A stretch of DNA of 64,000 nucleotides from Parcubacteria group bacterium GW2011_GWA2_43_11. Lineage in GTDB: Bacteria; Patescibacteriota; Minisyncoccia; Phycocordibacterales; UBA12088. Shown here in pieces: positions 54,657 through 62,780 of the stretch. A program made the translations under genes and the position numbers. A model generated the notes under the pieces. It searched no databases and was not told the origin of the DNA. It saw only the letters and a list, made by a program, of their open reading frames with translations. The stretch lies in contig LCFC01000002.1 of the NCBI GenBank assembly GCA_000998805.1, forward strand, positions 5,784 to 69,783, read 5' to 3'. Every line of letters starts with the position of its first letter. Position 1 is the stretch's first letter.

Positions 54657-55394
54657 TTATTTTTTCTTTCTTTCTTGCTTGACCTTTTGTTCACTTTTAT
54701 TCAATTTTGGTGGTTCAGCGCCATCTTTATAAGAAGGAATGTACGAACATGGGACAGCATAACCCATACCTAACTGAACATTACTAATCAGTGCCTGATG
54801 AAGTTCGACAAGGTCAATACCATGCAAGGATAATGCGCCAATCTGTAAAGCTTCCACTTTTGAAAGTAAGTCAGACCTTTCTCTTCTTTTGGCATTTACA
54901 ACACCAATAACCGCACCATTTGCATCCATCAAAGGGCAACCACTATTGCCTGAATTTACTGTACCGTCAATTAAGTAAGTAACAACACCTGTAGCATCTG
55001 TAATTATTCCAGAAAGAATACCCTGATGGGTTGTTAAGTTAAATAAACTTAATGGGTAACCTGCAAATAGTACAGACACACCTTCTTTAATACTTTTTAT
55101 GTCAACTTTTAATAAAGGGATACTAGTTGGTGCTAAATTTTCATCATACTTAAGCAAGGCTAAATCATGTTCCTCATCTCTTATTGCAACCTTCGCATCA
55201 AAAAATTCGGCAGTATCATCAAGTCTTATCTTTAAACCATCGTTGTTTGCTACAACATGATTACAGGTCACCAAAAGACCTTTTTTCATATAAACAAAAC
55301 CACTACCCTTACTTGTAATATTGCCTTGTGGGTTCACTGTAAGAACCAAGGCAATACTATTTTTTATTTTCTCAACAGTTCCAGAATAGTCCAT
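54657..55394 (-). CDS. Trypsin-like serine protease (S1 family, no PDZ domain)
   Basis: 245 aa with the catalytic triad contexts TCNHVV (His), DLALLK (Asp) and GNSGCPL (Ser). Confidence 0.8.
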   Translation of the reverse strand: MDYSGTVEKIKNSIALVLTVNPQGNITSKGSGFVYMKKGLLVTCNHVVANNDGLKIRLDDTAEFFDAKVAIRDEEHDLALLKYDENLAPTSIPLLKVDIKSIKEGVSVLFAGYPLSLFNLTTHQGILSGIITDATGVVTYLIDGTVNSGNSGCPLMDANGAVIGVVNAKRRERSDLLSKVEALQIGALSLHGIDLVELHQALISNVQLGMGYAVPCSYIPSYKDGAEPPKLNKSEQKVKQERKKK

Positions 55395-55611
55395 AATTTT
55401 ATTCTATGTTACAGGAAAATGCTGATAAAACAAATCCATAGTTTTACAAAATTTTATTGATACATACTCCAAAGCTGAAGGTCATAGTGAATATAATACT
55501 ATCAAGTGGTAATTCCATATTATGTTTCGCTACTCGTTTGTGGTACAGGGTAAACTCGGACTCATTACTCAGAACTAGCTACTCCCTACACCCCACTCCC
55601 TACTCAAGGCT

Positions 55612-56919
55612 CTATTTAATATTCTTCCAGTGCGAATCCTGACGCACGAGAAGATTTATCGCTGAGGGTGATTCAAGCATAATATTCTCAACTATACGTT
55701 CCATACGCATTCCCTGACTTCCCTTCACAAACACCACATCATCTTCAGCAATTATTTCCTGAAGCGTTTTGATTGCTTCTTCACTTGTTTTAAATGCCAT
55801 AACACTGGTACATCGCGCCTTGGTCGCTTGTACAAGTTCAGCAGCTCCTAGCATACGCACACCTACTGCCACGAACACATCTGCCTCTGTTGCTACCAAC
55901 TCACCTATCATCTTGTGCTCCTGAACAGAGAAATCTCCGAGCTCTAGCATGTCACCCAATACTACTATCTTCTTACCTTTTACCTGAAGTGTCGTAAGTG
56001 CTTCGAGTCCTGCTCGTACCGCTACAGGTGAGCTATTGTAGGTATCATCCACAATCGTTGACCCTTTCATGCCCTGAAGAAGTCGCATTCTCCCTGGCGC
56101 TAAAATATGGTTACTCAAATCAAGTGCTGACTTCTCAAAGGCTTTACCCTCAGAAATAATCACCGTCAATGCTGCAAGTAGTGGGTATACATGATGTCTC
56201 CCTAACACACCATCAAGGTTGACTTGAGCTTTTTTTTCTTGAAATTGTGCAGTAAAAGAAATACCCACAGGCTTTCCCTCTTCATACATAATCATGTAGT
56301 CGTACCCACGCACTGTGGCATGCTCAGAAAACCCATACGATAACCTATGCTGCCCCTCACGCACTTCTTCGGAACTCATTTTAGAATCGTCTGCATTTAT
56401 AATAAGCGTCCCCTCAGGCTTGAGGGTGTCTTTAAGTTTGCATTTTTCTTTTCGTACATCTTCCGGTGATGCGAAATACTCTACGTGCACTGGGACATCG
56501 GGAAATTGCGTAAATATAACCACATCAGAATTGAGCCATGACAGTCTCTGAATATCCCCTGGTCTATCTACACCTATTTCCAATACCAGCCAGTCGGGGT
56601 ATGCGTTATGCCTCCACGGTAAAATAAATCCTTCACCAATGTTTTCTATCCAACCCATCATGCTTGACCATGCATTTGGCAGTCCCAACACAGTCAGAGG
56701 AACACCTATTTCACTATTAAAACTTTTTTCACTTTTTCGTGCATGTTCCGTCTGAGAAAGTATCGTATATACCGCGTCTTTCGTCCCTGTCTTGCCCACA
56801 CTTCCCGTCACTGTAATTATCTTCGGCTTAAACTTTCGCACGACCCTTTTTGCTTCCCATATCAGAATTGCGACAATACCTTTTTTAATCGTTTCCTTCA
56901 TACACAAAATGACTTTCAA
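55612..56919 (-). CDS. murF: UDP-N-acetylmuramoyl-tripeptide--D-alanyl-D-alanine ligase
   Basis: 435 aa. It has the Mur ligase P-loop VTGSVGKTGTKD and central and C-terminal Mur ligase domains, in a dcw context. Confidence 0.9.
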   Translation of the reverse strand: MKVILCMKETIKKGIVAILIWEAKRVVRKFKPKIITVTGSVGKTGTKDAVYTILSQTEHARKSEKSFNSEIGVPLTVLGLPNAWSSMMGWIENIGEGFILPWRHNAYPDWLVLEIGVDRPGDIQRLSWLNSDVVIFTQFPDVPVHVEYFASPEDVRKEKCKLKDTLKPEGTLIINADDSKMSSEEVREGQHRLSYGFSEHATVRGYDYMIMYEEGKPVGISFTAQFQEKKAQVNLDGVLGRHHVYPLLAALTVIISEGKAFEKSALDLSNHILAPGRMRLLQGMKGSTIVDDTYNSSPVAVRAGLEALTTLQVKGKKIVVLGDMLELGDFSVQEHKMIGELVATEADVFVAVGVRMLGAAELVQATKARCTSVMAFKTSEEAIKTLQEIIAEDDVVFVKGSQGMRMERIVENIMLESPSAINLLVRQDSHWKNIK

Positions 56920-56947
56920 TTGCTTTTACTGATAAATAATATCTTCT

Positions 56948-57069
56948 AGGACTTACGCAAACGGGTGAAATTCAAGGCGCCCGAACAAAATAGAACGAGT
57001 TGTATGAATAATACTACGAGAGATATTTTGTGACGGGCAACGATGAAGTACACCGTTTCCGTAAGTCCT
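56948..57069 (+). repeat. R-family element copy R9 (TIR - core B - TIR), 122 nt
   Basis: AGGACTTACGCAAACGG...CCGTTTCCGTAAGTCCT termini. The core is ACAAAATAGAACGAGTTGTATGAATAATACTACGAGAGATATTTTGT. It fills the ftsI-murF spacer and ends 3 nt from the ftsI stop. Confidence 0.92.
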
Positions 57070-57072
57070 GGC

Positions 57073-58791
57073 TTATCTATCTGGTGGTATATCATAGTAG
57101 TTAATCAAAAAGTCGACAAGTTCCATAAAAGGCGCGGTTAGAGTTTCAGAGGCGTATCTGGCTCCTTGCGGTTCCAAATGATACAAGAAAATAATAAACC
57201 TTGGTTCATACGCTGGGAAGTACCCAAAGAAAGAATGAAGATATCTGTCATCATAATACCCACGTTCACCATCATGCGCCATCTGTGCTGTACCTGTTTT
57301 AGCTGCTATGGCGTAGTGCTCTTTCGCAACAGTGCCCCCTCGTAGCGCATCATCTACCACATTAACAAGCATTTGTGTTATTTCACGAGACGTATCTTCT
57401 GAAATGACCTGTACATGATCATCCGGAGCTACAGACGCTTCAGCACCGTTTTCATACTGAATGTGTGTAACAAAATGAGGTGTAACCAGATACCCACCAT
57501 TACCAAGGGCGGCAAGCGCTCGCACTGTTGCGATAGGTGTAAGTGCTATACCTTGTCCGAACGCGGCAGTCGCATACTCTACTCTACGGGGACTGTCGAG
57601 ATTGTTAATGAGTCCTCGCGCCTCGAACGGAATATCTATACCGGTCTCTTCACCAAAACCAAACGCTTTCATACGCTCACCGAGCACCTTGCCACCCACC
57701 TTGTCGGCCACAAACGACATACCGAGATTGAGGGATTGATTTAACACCTCCTGCATAGGCACCACACCACGCGCTCCCCCATCGTAGTTGCTAATTTTGT
57801 ACCCATCAACCGTAATGTTTCCCGTATCGTTGTACGTTGTATCTTGAGTGACTGCCCCCTCATCAAGACCTATGGCCATAGCAATAGGTTTAATAATCGA
57901 ACCCATCTCGTACACGTCCTCAACAAACGGATTGCGAAAAACGCGTGCATCTTTTTCCTCAGAGTACAGATTTGAATCAAATGATGGAAGCGCACTCATT
58001 GCATATATTGCTCCTGTCTTGGGGTCCATGATTATACCCGCAAGCTGTTTTGCCCCCCACTCGTCTTGTGTTTTGAGTAATACTCTATCAAGTGCTTGTT
58101 GTACCGCAGGCTCAATACTGGTCACCACACTTCCCACACGCGGGGTCTCTTCAGACGAAAACGCTTCACGCGCATTCGTAAAAATCTCGGCAAAAAAGTT
58201 GACATACAATCTATCCGTTTGTCGTTCAAGTACAGACTCCCAATAGCGCTCAAGTCCATACTGCCCTTTTTGAGTAATGCCGTCTTCGCCAAATCCTACA
58301 AAGCCCAGTACGAGACTCGCCATGGATCCGCCTGGGTAGTACCTCCATTGCTCACGGAAAAGTTGAACGCCTTTCAAATCTTCTTTCTCTATCAGTTCAG
58401 CGGCTTCCGGAGTAACATGTCGAGCCATTTCTTCGTATGGGTCCTCTGTTTTTCCCGCACGCGCAAAAAAAAGCTCTTTATCAATATCCATGTGTTTCCG
58501 CAAGGTATCATACACATGTTGTGCATCCTCTATCTGATTAGGATTTAAAGCCAACATATACCCACTCTTGAGCGAAGCTGCTGCAATACGCTCACCATTT
58601 CGCAAGGTGAAGAAAATTGAACCTCTATCAAAAATATCACGTGAAGAACGTACGTATTGATTGTTAGCTTCAGCTCTATAGCTCTGCCCATGAGCAACCT
58701 GCAATATATATAATCGGACGATGATAATACATGCAAAGATAACAATACCTACAACGAGGATTCGTATGCGAATTAATAGTTGCGTACGCAT
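57073..58791 (-). CDS. ftsI: Penicillin-binding protein (FtsI/PBP2-type transpeptidase)
   Basis: 572 aa with an N-terminal TM segment, SxxK (GSIIKP), KTGTAQ, and dcw cluster position. Confidence 0.9.
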   Translation of the reverse strand: MRTQLLIRIRILVVGIVIFACIIIVRLYILQVAHGQSYRAEANNQYVRSSRDIFDRGSIFFTLRNGERIAAASLKSGYMLALNPNQIEDAQHVYDTLRKHMDIDKELFFARAGKTEDPYEEMARHVTPEAAELIEKEDLKGVQLFREQWRYYPGGSMASLVLGFVGFGEDGITQKGQYGLERYWESVLERQTDRLYVNFFAEIFTNAREAFSSEETPRVGSVVTSIEPAVQQALDRVLLKTQDEWGAKQLAGIIMDPKTGAIYAMSALPSFDSNLYSEEKDARVFRNPFVEDVYEMGSIIKPIAMAIGLDEGAVTQDTTYNDTGNITVDGYKISNYDGGARGVVPMQEVLNQSLNLGMSFVADKVGGKVLGERMKAFGFGEETGIDIPFEARGLINNLDSPRRVEYATAAFGQGIALTPIATVRALAALGNGGYLVTPHFVTHIQYENGAEASVAPDDHVQVISEDTSREITQMLVNVVDDALRGGTVAKEHYAIAAKTGTAQMAHDGERGYYDDRYLHSFFGYFPAYEPRFIIFLYHLEPQGARYASETLTAPFMELVDFLINYYDIPPDR

Positions 58792-58804
58792 AAAATCAAA
58801 CGCC

Positions 58805-59128
58805 TTACTGATTTCTAGTTAATCGATCATGGCCTTCGCGAGCCACAGTGACATAGGACGCGGTAGGCACTTCCACAAGTCCCAAACTAGCTGCTGTATC
58901 TTGAGAAAGTACGCTTGAACCCTCAATGTATGAAGCCTCAAGATTACTTACTCGCGTCTCTGCTTCCTGCACAGAAACAAGCAGTTCTTGTCGTAACACA
59001 ACTTGAATAACCGTCATCGCAATAAAATAAACATAGAGAAGGAGTGCAAGAGCAAGCAAACTCCACTCCAGCCATGAGATACAGGACTCTATCCGCACAT
59101 GAATATTTTTAAATGATACTGTTCCCAT
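58805..59128 (-). CDS. ftsL: FtsL-like small bitopic cell-division protein
   Basis: 107 aa with a single TM segment followed by a coiled-coil-like stretch, positioned between rsmH and ftsI. The call is positional. Confidence 0.55.
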   Translation of the reverse strand: MGTVSFKNIHVRIESCISWLEWSLLALALLLYVYFIAMTVIQVVLRQELLVSVQEAETRVSNLEASYIEGSSVLSQDTAASLGLVEVPTASYVTVAREGHDRLTRNQ

Positions 59129-59173
59129 GATATTTTTTAATAGATAAATATTTATTGATATAACGTCACTTTT

Positions 59174-60097
59174 CTACTCAGCTTTCATAAAACACCGTAA
59201 TTTTGCACTTCGTGACCGGCGATTTTCAATACACTCCTTCCTACTTGGCACTATGGGACGTTTAGTTATTCGTTCCCCTAAGCCCTCTTTCTCCCACTCG
59301 ATAAATGCACGCTTCACAATTCTATCTTCTAAACTGTGAAATGAGATTATCGCAATACGTCCACCGGGAGCCAAAATCTTTAAACTTTTACTGAGAACTT
59401 CCCCGAGTGCGCCAAGTTCGTCATTTACTGCGATACGTATAGCTTGAAAGGTGCGTGTCGCGGGATGTGCACCACTCCTTCGAGGTGTTGCTTGTTCTAC
59501 TATAGCTGCAAGCTCCTTACTGGTTTCAATGCTTTTTGTCTGACGTGCCTCTACGATAGCTCGAGCAATACGTCGTGACCTTTTTTCTTCCCCAAAACCA
59601 AAAATAATGTCGGCAAGTGACTCCTCACTCCATTCATTGACCACATGCCATGCGGTCAAGGTGTGTAGATCTCTAGCATGTGCAAATGTCATCTTGAGCG
59701 GTTCATCCACCATGAAGCTGAAACCTCGTCCACTTTGTGTTTCGAGCTGGTCAGAAGAAAGCCCAAGGTCAAGAAGAATTTTATGCACTTGGTTTATGCC
59801 TGCTTCCTGTATCAACGTGTCCATCGTTCTAAAATTACCCAAGGCAAAGTGCATTCGCTTATCTCTTCCAAGTAGCTTTCGTACCCGTGTGAGCGCAGTA
59901 TCATCTGCATCAATCCCGAGGTACATTCCATTTGGTCCAAGCTTTTCTAGAATGTGTGTAGCATGTCCACCACCACCCAATGTGCCATCCACTACCGTAT
60001 CAGTAGGTTTGACAGCAAGTACAGTAATGACGTTTTGTAAAAGAACAGGTATGTGCACGGTAGTTGCTTGTTGGTTTTTCTTGCTTTGTTTTTCCAT
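59174..60097 (-). CDS. rsmH: 16S rRNA (cytosine1402-N4)-methyltransferase RsmH
   Basis: 307 aa with HIPVLL, DGTLGGGGH, DLGLSS and SFHSLEDR. Confidence 0.95.
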   Translation of the reverse strand: MEKQSKKNQQATTVHIPVLLQNVITVLAVKPTDTVVDGTLGGGGHATHILEKLGPNGMYLGIDADDTALTRVRKLLGRDKRMHFALGNFRTMDTLIQEAGINQVHKILLDLGLSSDQLETQSGRGFSFMVDEPLKMTFAHARDLHTLTAWHVVNEWSEESLADIIFGFGEEKRSRRIARAIVEARQTKSIETSKELAAIVEQATPRRSGAHPATRTFQAIRIAVNDELGALGEVLSKSLKILAPGGRIAIISFHSLEDRIVKRAFIEWEKEGLGERITKRPIVPSRKECIENRRSRSAKLRCFMKAE

Positions 60098-60099
60098 AC

Positions 60100-60534
60100 C
60101 TACAACACACCTATTGCACCCAACGCTTCTGCAACTCTATCAGCCTCCTTCTCAACAGACGTTTGGTAGACATCCCACGCATCCTCACTCCATACCTCAC
60201 AACGATCATGTACCCCTATGAGTACAGCCTTGGTATCTAGTTTTGCATGTGTGGCAAGCTCTGAAGGAATAAGAATTCTTCCTAACTGGTCTATATCCAA
60301 TTCCGCAGCACCTGCAAAGAAGTATCTAGCAAACGCACGTGAATCAGCCTGACCCATTGAGAGTGCTTTAAGTTTCTCGACTATTGAGCGCCATTCTGTC
60401 TGACTAAAGACAAAAAGGCATGAGTCGAGTCCGCGCGTGATGATAACTTTTTTCCCAAGCGCACGACGAAATTTAGCCGGAAGCGCAATCCTTCGCTTCT
60501 CATCTAGAGTATGTCTGTATTCTCCGATGAGCAT
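60100..60534 (-). CDS. mraZ: Transcriptional regulator MraZ
   Basis: 144 aa with duplicated SpoVT/AbrB-like halves carrying the DEKRRIALPAKFR and DQLGRILIP motifs. Confidence 0.95.
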   Translation of the reverse strand: MLIGEYRHTLDEKRRIALPAKFRRALGKKVIITRGLDSCLFVFSQTEWRSIVEKLKALSMGQADSRAFARYFFAGAAELDIDQLGRILIPSELATHAKLDTKAVLIGVHDRCEVWSEDAWDVYQTSVEKEADRVAEALGAIGVL

Positions 60535-60669
60535 GCGAAATGTATTAGCTTATAAACAAGTACTCCTTACTGCAAACTGTTTCTTCCGCACAACGTACTT
60601 TTGAAACGGTATGTAATTTAGAGCGATGTATAAACATATTTTCCGTAAAACAAAGAGATACTATCATTT

Positions 60670-60705
60670 ACCACTTTGTTCCACTTACCTACCACAATAC
60701 ACCAC
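60670..60705 (-). promoter_or_regulatory. Putative MraZ operator: four phased GTGG(T/A) direct repeats
   Basis: The plus strand has ACCAC at 60670, TCCAC at 60680, ACCAC at 60691 and ACCAC at 60701 (10/11/10-bp phasing). They lie 135-170 nt upstream of mraZ. Confidence 0.5.
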
Positions 60706-60798
60706 AATGAGTATTTTGTCTTACCTATTTATCCACAAAAAAACAATACGGAAAGGAAAATTATCCTTGTAATAAAAGACTATTTCAATTACTTACCT

Positions 60799-60919
60799 AG
60801 GACTTTCCCAAACGTCGTACTTCTAGGAAAACGAACAAAATGGAGTGAGTCCCGCCACGGGCGGGATGAACGACATTTTGTGAAGTTTGACAACGAAATG
60901 CGGCGTTTGGGTAAGTCCC
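60799..60919 (+). repeat. R-family element copy R10 (TIR - core A - TIR), 121 nt
   Basis: AGGACTTTCCCAAACG...CGTTTGGGTAAGTCCC termini with a compensated G>C/C>G pair. Core A is identical to R1 apart from one base. It lies in the divergent mraZ / relA spacer. Confidence 0.92.
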
Positions 60920-60960
60920 ATTCTTGCTTGGAAAGAACAAATGTCGCATAGTGTACAAGT

Positions 60961-62526
60961 ATGAGTAAACATGAGGAAAAGGAGATTCAATCAGTTGATG
61001 CCCTCATTAGTGTGATGAACAAACCTACCGAGGCAGATAAAGCCTTGGTACGTAAAGCGTACGCATTTGCAGAACATGCACATAAAGATCACAAACGAAA
61101 TTCCGGTGAGCCATACTTCGACCACCTCTACGCCACAGCAATGGGTCTCGCAGAAATAGACATGGGTGCTGTAACTGTTGCGGCTGGACTGCTCCACGAC
61201 ACAATAGAGGACGTAGGCGTGACCGAAGAACAGTTAGAAGCTGAGTTTGGGAACGAGGTACTTTTTCTTGTAAAGGGGGTTACAAAGCTTGGAGAGCTTA
61301 AATACCGCGGAGCAGCTCGACACATAGAAAGTCTTCGACGCCTCTTTGTTGCAACGAGCAAAGATATTCGAGTACTTTTGATTAAGCTCTTGGACCGCAG
61401 ACACAATATCAGCACACTGGAATTTGTTCCCAAAAACAAACAAGGAAGAATTGCATCTGAAACACTCACTATATATGCACCACTTGCAGATAGATTAGGA
61501 ATGGGTGAGCTCAAGCGTGAGCTTGAAGATCTTTCATTTAAATATGTCTATCCCAAAGAATATGAAAAAATGAATACCATCATGCAGGAGAGCAAGCTCT
61601 TGAAGGAACCCCAACTTGAGATAGTGAGAAACACCCTCAAACGCAACCTCGCGGAGCATGGGGTCAAAGGATTTAGAACTGAATCGCGCGTAAAAGGACT
61701 CTACTCACTGTACAAAAAACTTGAACGTAAGAATGATGATATTGAAAGAATTCATGATCTCCACGCTATTAGAATAATTGTGCACACGGTTGAGGATTGT
61801 TATCGAGCACTCGGCGTAGCCCATACACTATGGCATCCTCTCCCCGGAAAAATAAAAGATTACATCGCATTCCCAAAACCGAACGGCTATCGTTCTATCC
61901 ACACAACCGTGGTTACTAAGGAGGCCGGTCCGGTTGAAATTCAATTTCGTACAGAACAGATGCATCTTGAGGCCCAGTATGGTATTGCTTCCCACCTTAC
62001 CTACAAGGAATCAGGAGAACTGTTAGACCGTGGAGAAAAGAAAAAAAACAACCTCTGGTTTCGACAACTTATTCCATCTCTCCTCCGAACAGCCCCAGCC
62101 TCCCAAAGTAGCGCGACACAACCAAAACCTCCCAAGTGGGTGGATGATCTTGCTACTGCACACAATGTTGATGAACTTCCCAAATCGGAAACATTCCTTC
62201 AAGAAATTAGCGACGATTTTTTCAGTCACAGAATCTTTGTATTTACCCCCAAGGGCGATGTCGTAGACCTTCCTGTAGATTCTACACCAATTGATTTTGC
62301 GTATGCAATACATTCTGAAATAGGCGACCATACAGCAGGGGCCAGTATCAACGGAAAGTTGGTATCATTGGATACTAAACTTAGAAACGGTGAAATTGTA
62401 CAAATAGAAACGAAGAAGAACGCTCGTCCGAGCAAAAAATGGCTCGAGTACGTACGCACAACCATGGCACGAAAGCATATAAATCAAGCGGTAGCAAAAA
62501 ACCAAAAGAAAGACGGTAAGTATTAG
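60961..62526 (+). CDS. Bifunctional (p)ppGpp synthetase/hydrolase (RelA/SpoT homolog), short form without ACT domain
   Basis: 521 aa with a HD hydrolase domain (HDTIEDV), a RelA/SpoT synthetase domain (YRSIHTTV) and a TGS domain (IFVFTPKGDVVDLPVDSTPIDFAYAIHSEIG). Confidence 0.9.
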   Translation: MSKHEEKEIQSVDALISVMNKPTEADKALVRKAYAFAEHAHKDHKRNSGEPYFDHLYATAMGLAEIDMGAVTVAAGLLHDTIEDVGVTEEQLEAEFGNEVLFLVKGVTKLGELKYRGAARHIESLRRLFVATSKDIRVLLIKLLDRRHNISTLEFVPKNKQGRIASETLTIYAPLADRLGMGELKRELEDLSFKYVYPKEYEKMNTIMQESKLLKEPQLEIVRNTLKRNLAEHGVKGFRTESRVKGLYSLYKKLERKNDDIERIHDLHAIRIIVHTVEDCYRALGVAHTLWHPLPGKIKDYIAFPKPNGYRSIHTTVVTKEAGPVEIQFRTEQMHLEAQYGIASHLTYKESGELLDRGEKKKNNLWFRQLIPSLLRTAPASQSSATQPKPPKWVDDLATAHNVDELPKSETFLQEISDDFFSHRIFVFTPKGDVVDLPVDSTPIDFAYAIHSEIGDHTAGASINGKLVSLDTKLRNGEIVQIETKKNARPSKKWLEYVRTTMARKHINQAVAKNQKKDGKY

Positions 62527-62780
62527 CGGTGTTAAAAGTTGAAAGTTGAATGTTAAAAGCCCCGTAGTAGAAATTGACGGTGCACTTCGAGCATCGAGCC
62601 ATAGTGGGCTCGACTTCGTCAAGTTTCACTACAGAGGTCTACCCTGTACCGACTGGTATTGGGGGTAGAAGTACTCGATTTTTTTTATGTTCACAGTACG
62701 TCTTCGGGCTAACAATGCCGTTTGCTCGCTCGCCACTTTTTACCTTATGAACTTTATAACTTTAAAACTTTCAAATTGTC
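62527..62780 (+). repeat. S-family structured element copy S2; fills the whole convergent relA-parB spacer
   Basis: CCCCGTAGTAGAAATTGACGG...CTTCGTCAAGTTTCACTACAG is homologous to S1. A/T-rich imperfect inverted arms (62531-62559 vs 62749-62778) carry AAGTTGAAAGTT/AACTTTCAAATT motifs. An internal T8 run lies at 62676-62683. Confidence 0.7.

Noticed and set aside
47200-55400. Integrated prophage or ICE at the tRNA-Glu locus
   Set aside because: There is no integrase or recombinase, no phage structural or conjugation genes, and no direct repeat of the tRNA 3' end. The duplicated part is the tRNA 5' half and sits immediately adjacent. The region is therefore reported only as an ORFan island.
60729-60737. 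Perfect DnaA box TTATCCACA (plus near-matches TTATCCACG at about 33339 and TGTGGATAG at about 18254) as a sign of oriC
   Set aside because: These are isolated single boxes with no cluster, no adjacent AT-rich unwinding element and no dnaA/dnaN context. A 9-mer can occur by chance in 128 kb of two-strand sequence.
9384-60919. Could the recurring repeats be a CRISPR array or its remnants?
   Set aside because: The copies are dispersed 1-13 kb apart in separate intergenic regions. They are 121-255 nt long and internally palindromic, have no regular repeat-spacer periodicity, and no cas genes are present in the window.
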